Positions 13,729-29,500 of a stretch of DNA of 64,000 bases are shown in pieces. The position numbers and the translations under genes are program-made. Numbering within the stretch: the first letter of the stretch is position 1; every line of letters begins with the position of its first letter. The notes beneath the pieces are model-generated. The model was given only the letters and a program-made list of their open reading frames with translations, did not search any database and was not told the DNA's origin. The DNA is taken from assembly GCA_964057225.1 (NCBI GenBank), contig OZ059894.1, positions 24,056,001 to 24,120,000 on the forward strand, given 5' to 3'. Origin of the DNA: Auanema rhodensis (taxonomy: Eukaryota; Animalia; Nematoda).

Positions 13729-16700
13729 TTTAATTTATGCTAATTAAATGTACACGTGATGTGCACTTGGTATGTAACTCGCTTCACGTGAAAGATAAAG
13801 AGATGCGGTTTTCAAAATTAAATTTCCCATGTCCATATTAGTCTAAAAACAAATTTTTATTGATATTGGTGCATGGTAACCATGACTTTGAAATTTACGT
13901 GAACTTTAATTTATGTTAATTAAATGTACACGTGATGTGCACTTGGTATGTAACTCGCTTCACGTGAAAGATAAAGAGATGCGTTTTTCAAAATTAGATT
14001 CCCCATGTCCATATTAGTCTAAAAACAAATTTTTATTGATATTGATTCATGGTAACCATGACTTTGAAATTGACGTGAACTTCAATTTATGCTAATTAAA
14101 TGTACACGTGATGTGCACTTGGTATGTAACTCGCTTCACGTGAAAGATGAAGAGATGCGGTTTTCAAAATTAGATTCCCTATGTCCATATTAGTCTAAAA
14201 ACAAATTTTTATTGATATTGGTTCATGGTAACCATGACTTTGAAATTTACGTGAACTTTAATTTATGCTAATTAAATGTACACGTGATGTGCACTTGGTA
14301 TGTAACTCGCTTCACGTGAAAGATAAAGAGATGCGGTTTTCAAAATTAGATTCCCCATGTCCATATTAGTCTAAAAACAAATTTTTATTGATATTGGTTC
14401 ATGGTAACCATGACTTTGAAATTTACGTGAACTTTAATTTATGCTAATTAAATGTACACGTGATGTGCACTTGGTATGTAACTCGCTTCACGTGAAAGAT
14501 AAAGAGATGCGGTTTTCAAAATTAGATTCCCCATGTCCATATTAGTCTAAAAACAAATTTTTATTGATATTGGTGCATGGTAACCATGACTTTGAAATTT
14601 ACGTGAACTTTAATTTATGCTAATTAAATGTACACGTGATGTGCACTTGGTATGTAACTCGCTTCACGTGAAAGATAAAGAGATGCGGTTTTCAAAATTA
14701 GATTCCCCATGTCCATATTAGTCTAAAAACAAATTTTTATTGATATTGGTTCATGGTAACCATGACTTTGAAATTTACGTGAACTTTAATTTATGCTAAT
14801 TAAATGTACACGTGATGTGCACTTGGTATGTAACTCGCTTCACGTGAAAGATAAAGAGATGCGGTTTTCAAAATTAGATTCCCCATGTCCATATTAGTCT
14901 AAAAACAAATTTTTATTGATATTGGTTCATGGTAACCATGACTTTGAAATTTACGTGAACTTTAATTTATGCTAATTAAATGTACACGTGATGTGCACTT
15001 GGTATGTAACTCGCTTCACGTGAAAGATAAAGAGATGCGGTTTTCAAAATTAAATTTCCCATGTCCATATTAGTCTAAAAACAAATTTTTATTGATATTG
15101 GTGCATGGTAACCATGACTTTGAAATTTACGTGAACTTTAATTTATGCTAATTAAATGTACACGTGATGTGCACTTGGTATGTAACTCGCTTCACGTGAA
15201 AGATAAAGAGATGCGGTTTTCAAAATTAGATTCCCCATGTCCATATTAGTCTAAAAACAAATTTTTATTGATATTGGTTCATGGTAACCATGACTTTGAA
15301 ATTTACGTGAACTTTAATTTATGCTAATTAAATGTACACGTGATGTGCACTTGGTATGTAACTCGCTTCACGTGAAAGATAAAGAGATGCGGTTTTCAAA
15401 ATTAGATTCCCCCTGTCCATATTAGTCTAAAAACAAATTTTTATTGATATTGGTTCATGGTAACCATGACTTTGAAATTTACGTGAACTTTAATTTATGC
15501 TAATTAAATGTACACGTGATGTGCACTTGGTATGTAACTCGCTTCACGTGAAAGATAAAGAGATGCGGTTTTCAAAATTAGATTCCCCATGTCCATATTA
15601 GTCTAAAAACAAATTTTTATTGATATTGGTTCATGGTAACCATGACTTTGAAATTTACGTGAACTTTAATTTATGCTAATTAAATGTACACGTGATGTGC
15701 ACTTGGTATGTAACTCGCTTCACGTGAAAGATAAAGAGATGCGGTTTTCAAAATTAAATTTCCCATGTCCATATTAGTCTAAAAACAAATTTTTATTGAT
15801 ATTGGTGCATGGTAACCATGACTTTGAAATTTACGTGAACTTTAATTTATGCTAATTAAATGTACACGTGATGTGCACTTGGTATGTAACTCGCTTCACG
15901 TGAAAGATAAAGAGATGCGGTTTTCAAAATTAGATTCCCCATGTCCATATTAGTCTAAAAACAAATTTTTATTGATATTGGTTCATGGTAACCATGACTT
16001 TGAAATTTACGTGAACTTCAATTTATGCTAATTAAATGTACACGTGATGTGCACTTGGTATGTAACTCGCTTCACGTGAAAGATGAAGAGATGCGGTTTT
16101 CAAAATTAGATTTCCTATGTCCATATTAGTCTAAAAACAAATTTTTATTGATATTGGTTCATGGTAACCATGACTTTGAAATTTACGTGAACTTTAATTT
16201 ATGCTAATTAAATGTACACGTGATGTGCACTTGGTATGTAACTCGCTTCACGTGAAAGATAAAGAGATGCGGTTTTCAAAATTAGATTCCCCATGTCCAT
16301 ATTAGTCTAAAAACAAATTTTTATTGATATTGGTTCATGGTAACCATGACTTTGAAATTTACGTGAACTTTAATTTATGCTAGTTAAATGTACACGTGAT
16401 GTGCACTTGGTATGTAACTCGCTTCACGTGAAAGATAAAGAGATGCGGTTTTCAAAATTAGATTCCCCATGTCCATATTAGTCTAAAAACAAATTTTTAT
16501 TGATATTGGTTCATGGTAACCATGACTTTGAAATTTACGTGAACTTTAATTTATGCTAATTAAATGTACACGTGATGTGCACTTGGTATGTAACTCGCTT
16601 CACGTGAAAGATAAAGAGATGCGGTTTTCAAAATTAAATTTCCCATGTCCATATTAGTCTAAAAACAAATTTTTATTGATATTGGTGCATGGTAACCATG

Positions 16701-19360
16701 ACTTTGAAATTTACGTGAACTTTAATTTATGTTAATTAAATGTACACGTGATGTGCACTTGGTATGTAACTCGCTTCACGTGAAAGATAAAGAGATGCGT
16801 TTTTCAAAATTAGATTCCCCATGTCCATATTAGTCTAAAAACAAATTTTTATTGATATTGATTCATGGTAACCATGACTTTGAAATTGACGTGAACTTCA
16901 ATTTATGCTAATTAAATGTACACGTGATGTGCACTTGGTATGTAACTCGCTTCACGTGAAAGATGAAGAGATGCGGTTTTCAAAATTAGATTCCCTATGT
17001 CCATATTAGTCTAAAAACAAATTTTTATTGATATTGGTTCATGGTAACCATGACTTTGAAATTTACGTGAACTTTAATTTATGCTAATTAAATGTACACG
17101 TGATGTGCACTTGGTATGTAACTCGCTTCACGTGAAAGATAAAGAGATGCGGTTTTCAAAATTAGATTCCCCATGTCCATATTAGTCTAAAAACAAATTT
17201 TTATTGATATTGGTTCATGGTAACCATGACTTTGAAATTTACGTGAACTTTAATTTATGCTAATTAAATGTACACGTGATGTGCACTTGGTATGTAACTC
17301 GCTTCACGTGAAAGATAAAGAGATGCGGTTTTCAAAATTAGATTCCTCATGTCCATATTAGTCTAAAAACAAATTTTTATTGATATTGGTGCATGGTAAC
17401 CATGACTTTGAAATTTACGTGAACTTTAATTTATGCTAATTAAATGTACACGTGATGTGCACTTGGTATGTAACTCGCTTCACGTGAAAGATAAAGAGAT
17501 GCGGTTTTCAAAATTAGATTCCCCATGTCCATATTAGTCTAAAAACAAATTTTTATTGATATTGGTTCATGGTAACCATGACTTTGAAATTTACGTGAAC
17601 TTTAATTTATGCTAATTAAATGTACACGTGATGTGCACTTGGTATGTAACTCGCTTCACGTGAAAGATAAAGAGATGCGGTTTTCAAAATTAGATTCCCC
17701 ATGTCCATATTAGTCTAAAAACAAATTTTTATTGATATTGGTTCATGGTAACCATGACTTTGAAATTTACGTGAACTTTAATTTATGCTAATTAAATGTA
17801 CACGTGATGTGCACTTGGTATGTAACTCGCTTCACGTGAAAGATAAAGAGATGCGGTTTTCAAAATTAAATTTCCCATGTCCATATTAGTCTAAAAACAA
17901 ATTTTTATTGATATTGGTGCATGGTAACCATGACTTTGAAATTTACGTGAACTTTAATTTATGCTAATTAAATGTACACGTGATGTGCACTTGGTATGTA
18001 ACTCGCTTCACGTGAAAGATAAAGAGATGCGGTTTTCAAAATTAGATTCCCCATGTCCATATTAGTCTAAAAACAAATTTTTATTGATATTGGTTCATGG
18101 TAACCATGACTTTGAAATTTACGTGAACTTTAATTTATGCTAATTAAATGTACACGTGATGTGCACTTGGTATGTAACTCGCTTCACGTGAAAGATAAAG
18201 AGATGCGGTTTTCAAAATTAGATTCCCCCTGTCCATATTAGTCTAAAAACAAATTTTTATTGATATTGGTTCATGGTAACCATGACTTTGAAATTTACGT
18301 GAACTTTAATTTATGCTAATTAAATGTACACGTGATGTGCACTTGGTATGTAACTCGCTTCACGTGAAAGATAAAGAGATGCGGTTTTCAAAATTAGATT
18401 CCCCATGTCCATATTAGTCTAAAAACAAATTTTTATTGATATTGGTTCATGGTAACCATGACTTTGAAATTTACGTGAACTTTAATTTATGCTAATTAAA
18501 TGTACACGTGATGTGCACTTGGTATGTAACTCGCTTCACGTGAAAGATAAAGAGATGCGGTTTTCAAAATTAAATTTCCCATGTCCATATTAGTCTAAAA
18601 ACAAATTTTTATTGATATTGGTGCATGGTAACCATGACTTTGAAATTTACGTGAACTTTAATTTATGCTAATTAAATGTACACGTGATGTGCACTTGGTA
18701 TGTAACTCGCTTCACGTGAAAGATAAAGAGATGCGGTTTTCAAAATTAGATTCCCCATGTCCATATTAGTCTAAAAACAAATTTTTATTGATATTGGTTC
18801 ATGGTAACCATGACTTTGAAATTTACGTGAACTTCAATTTATGCTAATTAAATGTACACGTGATGTGCACTTGGTATGTAACTCGCTTCACGTGAAAGAT
18901 GAAGAGATGCGGTTTTCAAAATTAGATTTCCTATGTCCATATTAGTCTAAAAACAAATTTTTATTGATATTGGTTCATGGTAACCATGACTTTGAAATTT
19001 ACGTGAACTTTAATTTATGCTAATTAAATGTACACGTGATGTGCACTTGGTATGTAACTCGCTTCACGTGAAAGATAAAGAGATGCGGTTTTCAAAATTA
19101 GATTCCCCATGTCCATATTAGTCTAAAAACAAATTTTTATTGATATTGGTTCATGGTAACCATGACTTTGAAATTTACGTGAACTTTAATTTATGCTAGT
19201 TAAATGTACACGTGATGTGCACTTGGTATGTAACTCGCTTCACGTGAAAGATAAAGAGATGCGGTTTTCAAAATTAGATTCCCCATGTCCATATTAGTCT
19301 AAAAACAAATTTTTATTGATATTGGTTCATGGTAACCATGACTTTGAAATTTACGTGAAC
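13729..19360 (+). repeat. Tandem 16-monomer (2816 bp) higher-order duplication
   Basis: SNP pairs 13916/16732, 13984/16800, 14045/16861, 14072/16888, 15413/18229, 16383/19199. Confidence 0.88.
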
Positions 19361-22300
19361 TTCAATTTATGCTAATTAAATGTACACGTGATGTGCACTT
19401 GGTATGTAACTCGCTTCACGTGAAAGATGAAGAGATGCGGTTTTCAAAATTAGATTCCCTATGTCCATATTAGTCTAAAAACAAATTTTTATTGATATTG
19501 GTTCATGGTAACCATGACTTTGAAATTTACGTGAACTTTAATTTATGCTAATTAAATGTACACGTGATGGGCACTTGGTATGTAACTCGCTTCACGTGAA
19601 AGATAAAGAGATGCGGTTTTCAAAATTAGATTCCCCATGTCCATATTAGTCTAAAAACAAATTTTTATTGATATTGGTGCATGGTAACCATGACTTTGAA
19701 ATTTACGTGAACTTTAATTTATGCTAATTAAATGTACACGTGATGTGCACTTGGTATGTAACTCGCTTCACGTGAAAGATAAAGAGATGCGGTTTTCAAA
19801 ATTAGATTCCCCATGTCCATATTAGTCTAAAAACAAATTTTTATTGATATTGGTTCATGGTAACCATGACTTTGAAATTTACGTGAACTTTAATTTATGC
19901 TAGTTAAATGTACACGTGATGTGCACTTGGTATGTAACTCGCTTCACGTGAAAGATAAAGAGATGCGGTTTTCAAAATTAGATTCCCCATGTCCATATTA
20001 GTCTAAAAACAAATTTTTATTGATATTGGTTCATGGTAACCATGACTTTGAAATTTACGTGAACTTCAATTTATGCTAATTAAATGTACACGTGATGTGC
20101 ACTTGGTATGTAACTCGCTTCACGTGAAAGATGAAGAGATGCGGTTTTCAAAATTAGATTCCCTATGTCCATATTAGTCTAAAAACAAATTTTTATTGAT
20201 ATTGGTTCATGGTAACCATGACTTTGAAATTTACGTGAACTTTAATTTATGCTAATTAAATGTACACGTGATGGGCACTTGGTATGTAACTCGCTTCACG
20301 TGAAAGATAAAGAGATGCGGTTTTCAAAATTAGATTCCCCATGTCCATATTAGTCTAAAAACAAATTTTTATTGATATTGGTGCATGGTAACCATGACTT
20401 TGAAATTTACGTGAACTTTAATTTATGCTAATTAAATGTACACGTGATGTGCACTTGGTATGTAACTCGCTTCACGTGAAAGATAAAGAGATGCGGTTTT
20501 CAAAATTAGATTCCTCATGTCCATATTAGTCTAAAAACAAATTTTTATTGATATTGGTGCATGGTAACCATGACTTTGAAATTTACGTGAACTTTAATTT
20601 ATGCTAATTAAATGTACACGTGATGTGCACTTGGTATGTAACTCGCTTCACGTGAAAGATAAAGAGATGCGGTTTTCAAAATTAGATTCCCCATGTCCAT
20701 ATTAGTCTAAAAACAAATTTTTATTGATATTGGTTCATGGTAACCATGACTTTGAAATTTACGTGAACTTTAATTTATGCTAATTAAATGTACACGTGAT
20801 GTGCACTTGGTATGTAACTCGCTTCACGTGAAAGATAAAGAGATGCGGTTTTCAAAATTAGATTCCCCATGTCCATATTAGTCTAAAAACAAATTTTTAT
20901 TGATATTGGTTCATGGTAACCATGACTTTGAAATTTACGTGAACTTTAATTTATGCTAATTAAATGTACACGTGATGTGCACTTGGTATGTAACTCGCTT
21001 CACGTGAAAGATAAAGAGATGCGGTTTTCAAAATTAAATTTCCCATGTCCATATTAGTCTAAAAACAAATTTTTATTGATATTGGTGCATGGTAACCATG
21101 ACTTTGAAATTTACGTGAACTTTAATTTATGCTAATTAAATGTACACGTGATGTGCACTTGGTATGTAACTCGCTTCACGTGAAAGATAAAGAGATGCGG
21201 TTTTCAAAATTAGATTCCCCATGTCCATATTAGTCTAAAAACAAATTTTTATTGATATTGGTTCATGGTAACCATGACTTTGAAATTTACGTGAACTTTA
21301 ATTTATGCTAATTAAATGTACACGTGATGTGCACTTGGTATGTAACTCGCTTCACGTGAAAGATAAAGAGATGCGGTTTTCAAAATTAGATTCCCCCTGT
21401 CCATATTAGTCTAAAAACAAATTTTTATTGATATTGGTTCATGGTAACCATGACTTTGAAATTTACGTGAACTTTAATTTATGCTAATTAAATGTACACG
21501 TGATGTGCACTTGGTATGTAACTCGCTTCACGTGAAAGATAAAGAGATGCGGTTTTCAAAATTAGATTCCCCATGTCCATATTAGTCTAAAAACAAATTT
21601 TTATTGATATTGGTTCATGGTAACCATGACTTTGAAATTTACGTGAACTTTAATTTATGCTAATTAAATGTACACGTGATGTGCACTTGGTATGTAACTC
21701 GCTTCACGTGAAAGATAAAGAGATGCGGTTTTCAAAATTAAATTTCCCATGTCCATATTAGTCTAAAAACAAATTTTTATTGATATTGGTGCATGGTAAC
21801 CATGACTTTGAAATTTACGTGAACTTTAATTTATGCTAATTAAATGTACACGTGATGTGCACTTGGTATGTAACTCGCTTCACGTGAAAGATAAAGAGAT
21901 GCGGTTTTCAAAATTAGATTCCCCATGTCCATATTAGTCTAAAAACAAATTTTTATTGATATTGGTTCATGGTAACCATGACTTTGAAATTTACGTGAAC
22001 TTCAATTTATGCTAATTAAATGTACACGTGATGTGCACTTGGTATGTAACTCGCTTCACGTGAAAGATGAAGAGATGCGGTTTTCAAAATTAGATTTCCT
22101 ATGTCCATATTAGTCTAAAAACAAATTTTTATTGATATTGGTTCATGGTAACCATGACTTTGAAATTTACGTGAACTTTAATTTATGCTAATTAAATGTA
22201 CACGTGATGTGCACTTGGTATGTAACTCGCTTCACGTGAAAGATAAAGAGATGCGGTTTTCAAAATTAGATTCCCCATGTCCATATTAGTCTAAAAACAA

Positions 22301-23584
22301 ATTTTTATTGATATTGGTTCATGGTAACCATGACTTTGAAATTTACGTGAACTTTAATTTATGCTAGTTAAATGTACACGTGATGTGCACTTGGTATGTA
22401 ACTCGCTTCACGTGAAAGATAAAGAGATGCGGTTTTCAAAATTAGATTCCCCATGTCCATATTAGTCTAAAAACAAATTTTTATTGATATTGGTTCATGG
22501 TAACCATGACTTTGAAATTTACGTGAACTTCAATTTATGCTAATTAAATGTACACGTGATGTGCACTTGGTATGTAACTCGCTTCACGTGAAAGATGAAG
22601 AGATGCGGTTTTCAAAATTAGATTCCCTATGTCCATATTAGTCTAAAAACAAATTTTTATTGATATTGGTTCATGGTAACCATGACTTTGAAATTTACGT
22701 GAACTTTAATTTATGCTAATTAAATGTACACGTGATGGGCACTTGGTATGTAACTCGCTTCACGTGAAAGATAAAGAGATGCGGTTTTCAAAATTAGATT
22801 CCCCATGTCCATATTAGTCTAAAAACAAATTTTTATTGATATTGGTGCATGGTAACCATGACTTTGAAATTTACGTGAACTTTAATTTATGCTAATTAAA
22901 TGTACACGTGATGTGCACTTGGTATGTAACTCGCTTCACGTGAAAGATAAAGAGATGCGGTTTTCAAAATTAGATTCCCCATGTCCATATTAGTCTAAAA
23001 ACAAATTTTTATTGATATTGGTTCATGGTAACCATGACTTTGAAATTTACGTGAACTTTAATTTATGCTAGTTAAATGTACACGTGATGTGCACTTGGTA
23101 TGTAACTCGCTTCACGTGAAAGATAAAGAGATGCGGTTTTCAAAATTAGATTCCCCATGTCCATATTAGTCTAAAAACAAATTTTTATTGATATTGGTTC
23201 ATGGTAACCATGACTTTGAAATTTACGTGAACTTCAATTTATGCTAATTAAATGTACACGTGATGTGCACTTGGTATGTAACTCGCTTCACGTGAAAGAT
23301 GAAGAGATGCGGTTTTCAAAATTAGATTCCCTATGTCCATATTAGTCTAAAAACAAATTTTTATTGATATTGGTTCATGGTAACCATGACTTTGAAATTT
23401 ACGTGAACTTTAATTTATGCTAATTAAATGTACACGTGATGGGCACTTGGTATGTAACTCGCTTCACGTGAAAGATAAAGAGATGCGGTTTTCAAAATTA
23501 GATTCCCCATGTCCATATTAGTCTAAAAACAAATTTTTATTGATATTGGTGCATGGTAACCATGACTTTGAAATTTACGTGAAC
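17249..23584 (+). repeat. Tandem 18-monomer (3168 bp) duplication containing an internal 4-monomer (704 bp) duplication
   Basis: 18-monomer pairs: 17347/20515, 18229/21397, 19570/22738, 20274/23442. 4-monomer pairs: 19199/19903, 19570/20274. Confidence 0.87.
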
Positions 23585-26500
23585 TTTAATTTATGCTAAT
23601 TAAATGTACACGTGATGTGCACTTGGTATGTAACTCGCTTCACGTGAAAGATAAAGAGATGCGGTTTTCAAAATTAGATTCCCCATGTCCATATTAGTCT
23701 AAAAACAAATTTTTATTGATATTGGTTCATGGTAACCATGACTTTGAAATTTACGTGAACTTTAATTTATGCTAATTAAATGTACACGTGATGTGCACTT
23801 GGTATGTAACTCGCTTCACGTGAAAGATAAAGAGATGCGGTTTTCAAAATTAGATTCCCCATGTCCATATTAGTCTAAAAACAAATTTTTATTGATATTG
23901 GTTCATGGTAACCATGACTTTGAAATTTACGTGAACTTTAATTTATGCTAATTAAATGTACACGTGTTGTGCACTTGGTATGTAACTCGCTTCACGTGAA
24001 AGATAAAGAGATGCGGTTTTCAAAATTAGATTCCCCATGTCCATATTAGTCTAAAAACAAATTTTTATTGATATTGGTGCATGGTAACCATGACTTTGAA
24101 ATTTACGTGAACTTTAATTTATGCTAATTAAATGTACACGTGATGTGCCCTCGGTATGTAACTCGCTTCACGTGAAAGATAAAGAGATGCGGTTTTCAAA
24201 ATTAGATTCCCCATGTCCATATTAGTCTAAAAACAAATTTTTATTGATATTGGTGCATGGTAACCATGACTTTGAAATTTACGTGAACTTTAATTTATGC
24301 TAATTAAATGTACACGTGATGTGCACTTGGTATGTAACTCGCTTCACGTGAAAGATAAAGAGATGCGGTTTTCAAAATTAGATTCCCCATGTCCATATTA
24401 GTCTAAAAACAAATTTTTATTGATATTGGTTCATGGTAACCATGACTTTGAAATTTACGTGAACTTCAATTTATGCTAATTAAATGTACACGTGATGTGC
24501 ACTTGGTATGTAACTCGCTTCACGTGAAAGATGAAGAGATGCGGTTTTCAAAATTAGATTTCCTATGTCCATATTAGTCTAAAAACAAATTTTTATTGAT
24601 ATTGGTTCATGGTAACCATGACTTTGAAATTTACGTGAACTTTAATTTATGCTAATTAAATGTACACGTGATGTGCACTTGGTATGTAACTCGCTTCACG
24701 TGAAAGATAAAGAGATGCGGTTTTCAAAATTAGATTCCCCATGTCCATATTAGTCTAAAAACAAATTTTTATTGATATTGGTTCATGGTAACCATGACTT
24801 TGAAATTTACGTGAACTTTAATTTATGCTAATTAAATGTACACGTGATGTGCACTTGGTATGTAACTCGCTTCACGTGAAAGATAAAGAGATGCGGTTTT
24901 CAAAATTAGATTCCCCATGTCCATATTAGTCTAAAAACAAATTTTTATTGATATTGGTTCATGGTAACCATGACTTTGAAATTTACGTGAACTTCAATTT
25001 ATGCTAATTAAATGTACACGTGATGTGCACTTGGTATGTAACTCGCTTCACGTGAAAGATGAAGAGATGCGGTTTTCAAAATTAGATTCCCTATGTCCAT
25101 ATTAGTCTAAAAACAAATTTTTATTGATATTGGTTCATGGTAACCATGACTTTGAAATTTACGTGAACTTTAATTTATGCTAATTAAATGTACACGTGAT
25201 GTGCACTTGGTATGTAACTCGCTTCACGTGAAAGATAAAGAGATGCGGTTTTCAAAATTAGATTCCCCATGTCCATATTAGTCTAAAAACAAATTTTTAT
25301 TGATATTGGTTCATGGTAACCATGACTTTGAAATTTACGTGAACTTCAATTTATGCTAATTAAATGTACACGTGATGTGCACTTGGTATGTAACTCGCTT
25401 CACGTGAAAGATGAAGAGATGCGGTTTTCAAAATTAGATTCCCTATGTCCATATTAGTCTAAAAACAAATTTTTATTGATATTGGTTCATGGTAACCATG
25501 ACTTTGAAATTTACGTGAACTTTAATTTATGCTAATTAAATGTACACGTGATGTGCACTTGGTATGTAACTCGCTTCACGTGAAAGATAAAGAGATGCGG
25601 TTTTCAAAATTAGATTCCCCATGTCCATATTAGTCTAAAAACAAATTTTTATTGATATTGGTTAATGGTAACCATGACTTTGAAATTTACGTGAACTTTA
25701 ATGTATGCTAATTAAATGTACACGTGATGTGCACTTGGTATGTAACTCGCTTCACGTGAAAGATAAAGAGATGCGGTTTTCAAAATTAGATTCCCCATGT
25801 CCATATTAGTCTAAAAACAAATTTTTATTGATATTGGTGCATGGTAACCATGACTTTGAAATTTACGTGAACTTTAATTTATGCTAATTAAATGTACACG
25901 TGATGTGCACTTGGTATGTAACTCGCTTCACGTGAAAGATAAAGAGATGCGGTTTTCAAAATTAGATTCCCCATGTCCATATTAGTCTAAAAACAAATTT
26001 TTATTGATATTGGTTCATGGTAACCATGACTTTGAAATTTACGTGAACTTTAATTTATGCTAATTAAATGTACACGTGATGTGCACTTGGTATGTAACTC
26101 GCTTCACGTGAAAGATAAAGAGATGCGGTTTTCAAAATTAAATTTCCCATGTCCATATTAGTCTAAAAACAAATTTTTATTGATATTGGTGCATGGTAAC
26201 CATGACTTTGAAATTTACGTGAACTTTAATTTATGCTAATTAAATGTACACGTGATGTGCACTTGGTATGTAACTCGCTTCACGTGAAAGATAAAGAGAT
26301 GCGGTTTTCAAAATTAGATTCCCCATGTCCATATTAGTCTAAAAACAAATTTTTATTGATATTGGTTCATGGTAACCATGACTTTGAAATTTACGTAAAC
26401 TTTAATTTATGCTAATTAAATGTACACGTGATGTGCACTTGGTATGTAACTCGCTTCACGTGAAAGATAAAGAGATGCGGTTTTCAAAATTAGATTCCCC

Positions 26501-29500
26501 CTGTCCATATTAGTCTAAAAACAAATTTTTATTGATATTGGTTCATGGTAACCATGACTTTGAAATTTACGTGAACTTTAATTTATGCTAATTAAATGTA
26601 CACGTGATGTGCACTTGGTATGTAACTCGCTTCACGTGAAAGATAAAGAGATGCGGTTTTCAAAATTAGATTCCCCATGTCCATATTAGTCTAAAAACAA
26701 ATTTTTATTGATATTGGTTCATGGTAACCATGACTTTGAAATTTACGTGAACTTTAATTTATGCTAATTAAATGTACACGTGATGTGCACTTGGTATGTA
26801 ACTCGCTTCACGTGAAAGATAAAGAGATGCGGTTTTCAAAATTAAATTTCCCATGTCCATATTAGTCTAAAAACAAATTTTTATTGATATTGGTGCATGG
26901 TAACCATGACTTTGAAATTTACGTGAACTTTAATTTATGCTAATTAAATGTACACGTGATGTGCACTTGGTATGTAACTCGCTTCACGTGAAAGATAAAG
27001 AGATGCGGTTTTCAAAATTAGATTCCCCATGTCCATATTAGTCTAAAAACAAATTTTTATTGATATTGGTTCATGGTAACCATGACTTTGAAATTTACGT
27101 GAACTTCAATTTATGCTAATTAAATGTACACGTGATGTGCACTTGGTATGTAACTCGCTTCACGTGAAAGATGAAGAGATGCGGTTTTCAAAATTAGATT
27201 TCCTATGTCCATATTAGTCTAAAAACAAATTTTTATTGATATTGGTTCATGGTAACCATGACTTTGAAATTTACGTGAACTTTAATTTATGCTAATTAAA
27301 TGTACACGTGATGTGCACTTGGTATGTAACTCGCTTCACGTGAAAGATAAAGAGATGCGGTTTTCAAAATTAGATTCCCCATGTCCATATTAGTCTAAAA
27401 ACAAATTTTTATTGATATTGGTTCATGGTAACCATGACTTTGAAATTTACGTGAACTTTAATTTATGCTAGTTAAATGTACACGTGATGTGCACTTGGTA
27501 TGTAACTCGCTTCACGTGAAAGATAAAGAGATGCGGTTTTCAAAATTAGATTCCCCATGTCCATATTAGTCTAAAAACAAATTTTTATTGATATTGGTTC
27601 ATGGTAACCATGACTTTGAAATTTACGTGAACTTCAATTTATGCTAATTAAATGTACACGTGATGTGCACTTGGTATGTAACTCGCTTCACGTGAAAGAT
27701 GAAGAGATGCGGTTTTCAAAATTAGATTCCCTATGTCCATATTAGTCTAAAAACAAATTTTTATTGATATTGGTTCATGGTAACCATGACTTTGAAATTT
27801 ACGTGAACTTTAATTTATGCTAATTAAATGTACACGTGATGGGCACTTGGTATGTAACTCGCTTCACGTGAAAGATAAAGAGATGCGGTTTTCAAAATTA
27901 GATTCCCCATGTCCATATTAGTCTAAAAACAAATTTTTATTGATATTGGTGCATGGTAACCATGACTTTGAAATTTACGTGAACTTTAATTTATGCTAAT
28001 TAAATGTACACGTGATGTGCACTTGGTATGTAACTCGCTTCACGTGAAAGATAAAGAGATGCGGTTTTCAAAATTAGATTCCCCATGTCCATATTAGTCT
28101 AAAAACAAATTTTTATTGATATTGGTTCATGGTAACCATGACTTTGAAATTTACGTGAACTTTAATTTATGCTAGTTAAATGTACACGTGATGTGCACTT
28201 GGTATGTAACTCGCTTCACGTGAAAGATAAAGAGATGCGGTTTTCAAAATTAGATTCCCCATGTCCATATTAGTCTAAAAACAAATTTTTATTGATATTG
28301 GTTCATGGTAACCATGACTTTGAAATTTACGTGAACTTCAATTTATGCTAATTAAATGTACACGTGATGTGCACTTGGTATGTAACTCGCTTCACGTGAA
28401 AGATGAAGAGATGCGGTTTTCAAAATTAGATTCCCTATGTCCATATTAGTCTAAAAACAAATTTTTATTGATATTGGTTCATGGTAACCATGACTTTGAA
28501 ATTTACGTGAACTTTAATTTATGCTAATTAAATGTACACGTGATGGGCACTTGGTATGTAACTCGCTTCACGTGAAAGATAAAGAGATGCGGTTTTCAAA
28601 ATTAGATTCCCCATGTCCATATTAGTCTAAAAACAAATTTTTATTGATATTGGTGCATGGTAACCATGACTTTGAAATTTACGTGAACTTTAATTTATGC
28701 TAATTAAATGTACACGTGATGTGCACTTGGTATGTAACTCGCTTCACGTGAAAGATAAAGAGATGCGGTTTTCAAAATTAGATTCCCCATGTCCATATTA
28801 GTCTAAAAACAAATTTTTATTGATATTGGTTCATGGTAACCATGACTTTGAAATTTACGTGAACTTTAATTTATGCTAATTAAATGTACACGTGATGTGC
28901 ACTTGGTATGTAACTCGCTTCACGTGAAAGATAAAGAGATGCGGTTTTCAAAATTAGATTCCCCATGTCCATATTAGTCTAAAAACAAATTTTTATTGAT
29001 ATTGGTTCATGGTAACCATGACTTTGAAATTTACGTGAACTTTAATTTATGCTAATTAAATGTACACGTGTTGTGCACTTGGTATGTAACTCGCTTCACG
29101 TGAAAGATAAAGAGATGCGGTTTTCAAAATTAGATTCCCCATGTCCATATTAGTCTAAAAACAAATTTTTATTGATATTGGTGCATGGTAACCATGACTT
29201 TGAAATTTACGTGAACTTTAATTTATGCTAATTAAATGTACACGTGATGTGCCCTCGGTATGTAACTCGCTTCACGTGAAAGATAAAGAGATGCGGTTTT
29301 CAAAATTAGATTCCCCATGTCCATATTAGTCTAAAAACAAATTTTTATTGATATTGGTGCATGGTAACCATGACTTTGAAATTTACGTGAACTTTAATTT
29401 ATGCTAATTAAATGTACACGTGATGTGCACTTGGTATGTAACTCGCTTCACGTGAAAGATAAAGAGATGCGGTTTTCAAAATTAGATTCCCCATGTCCAT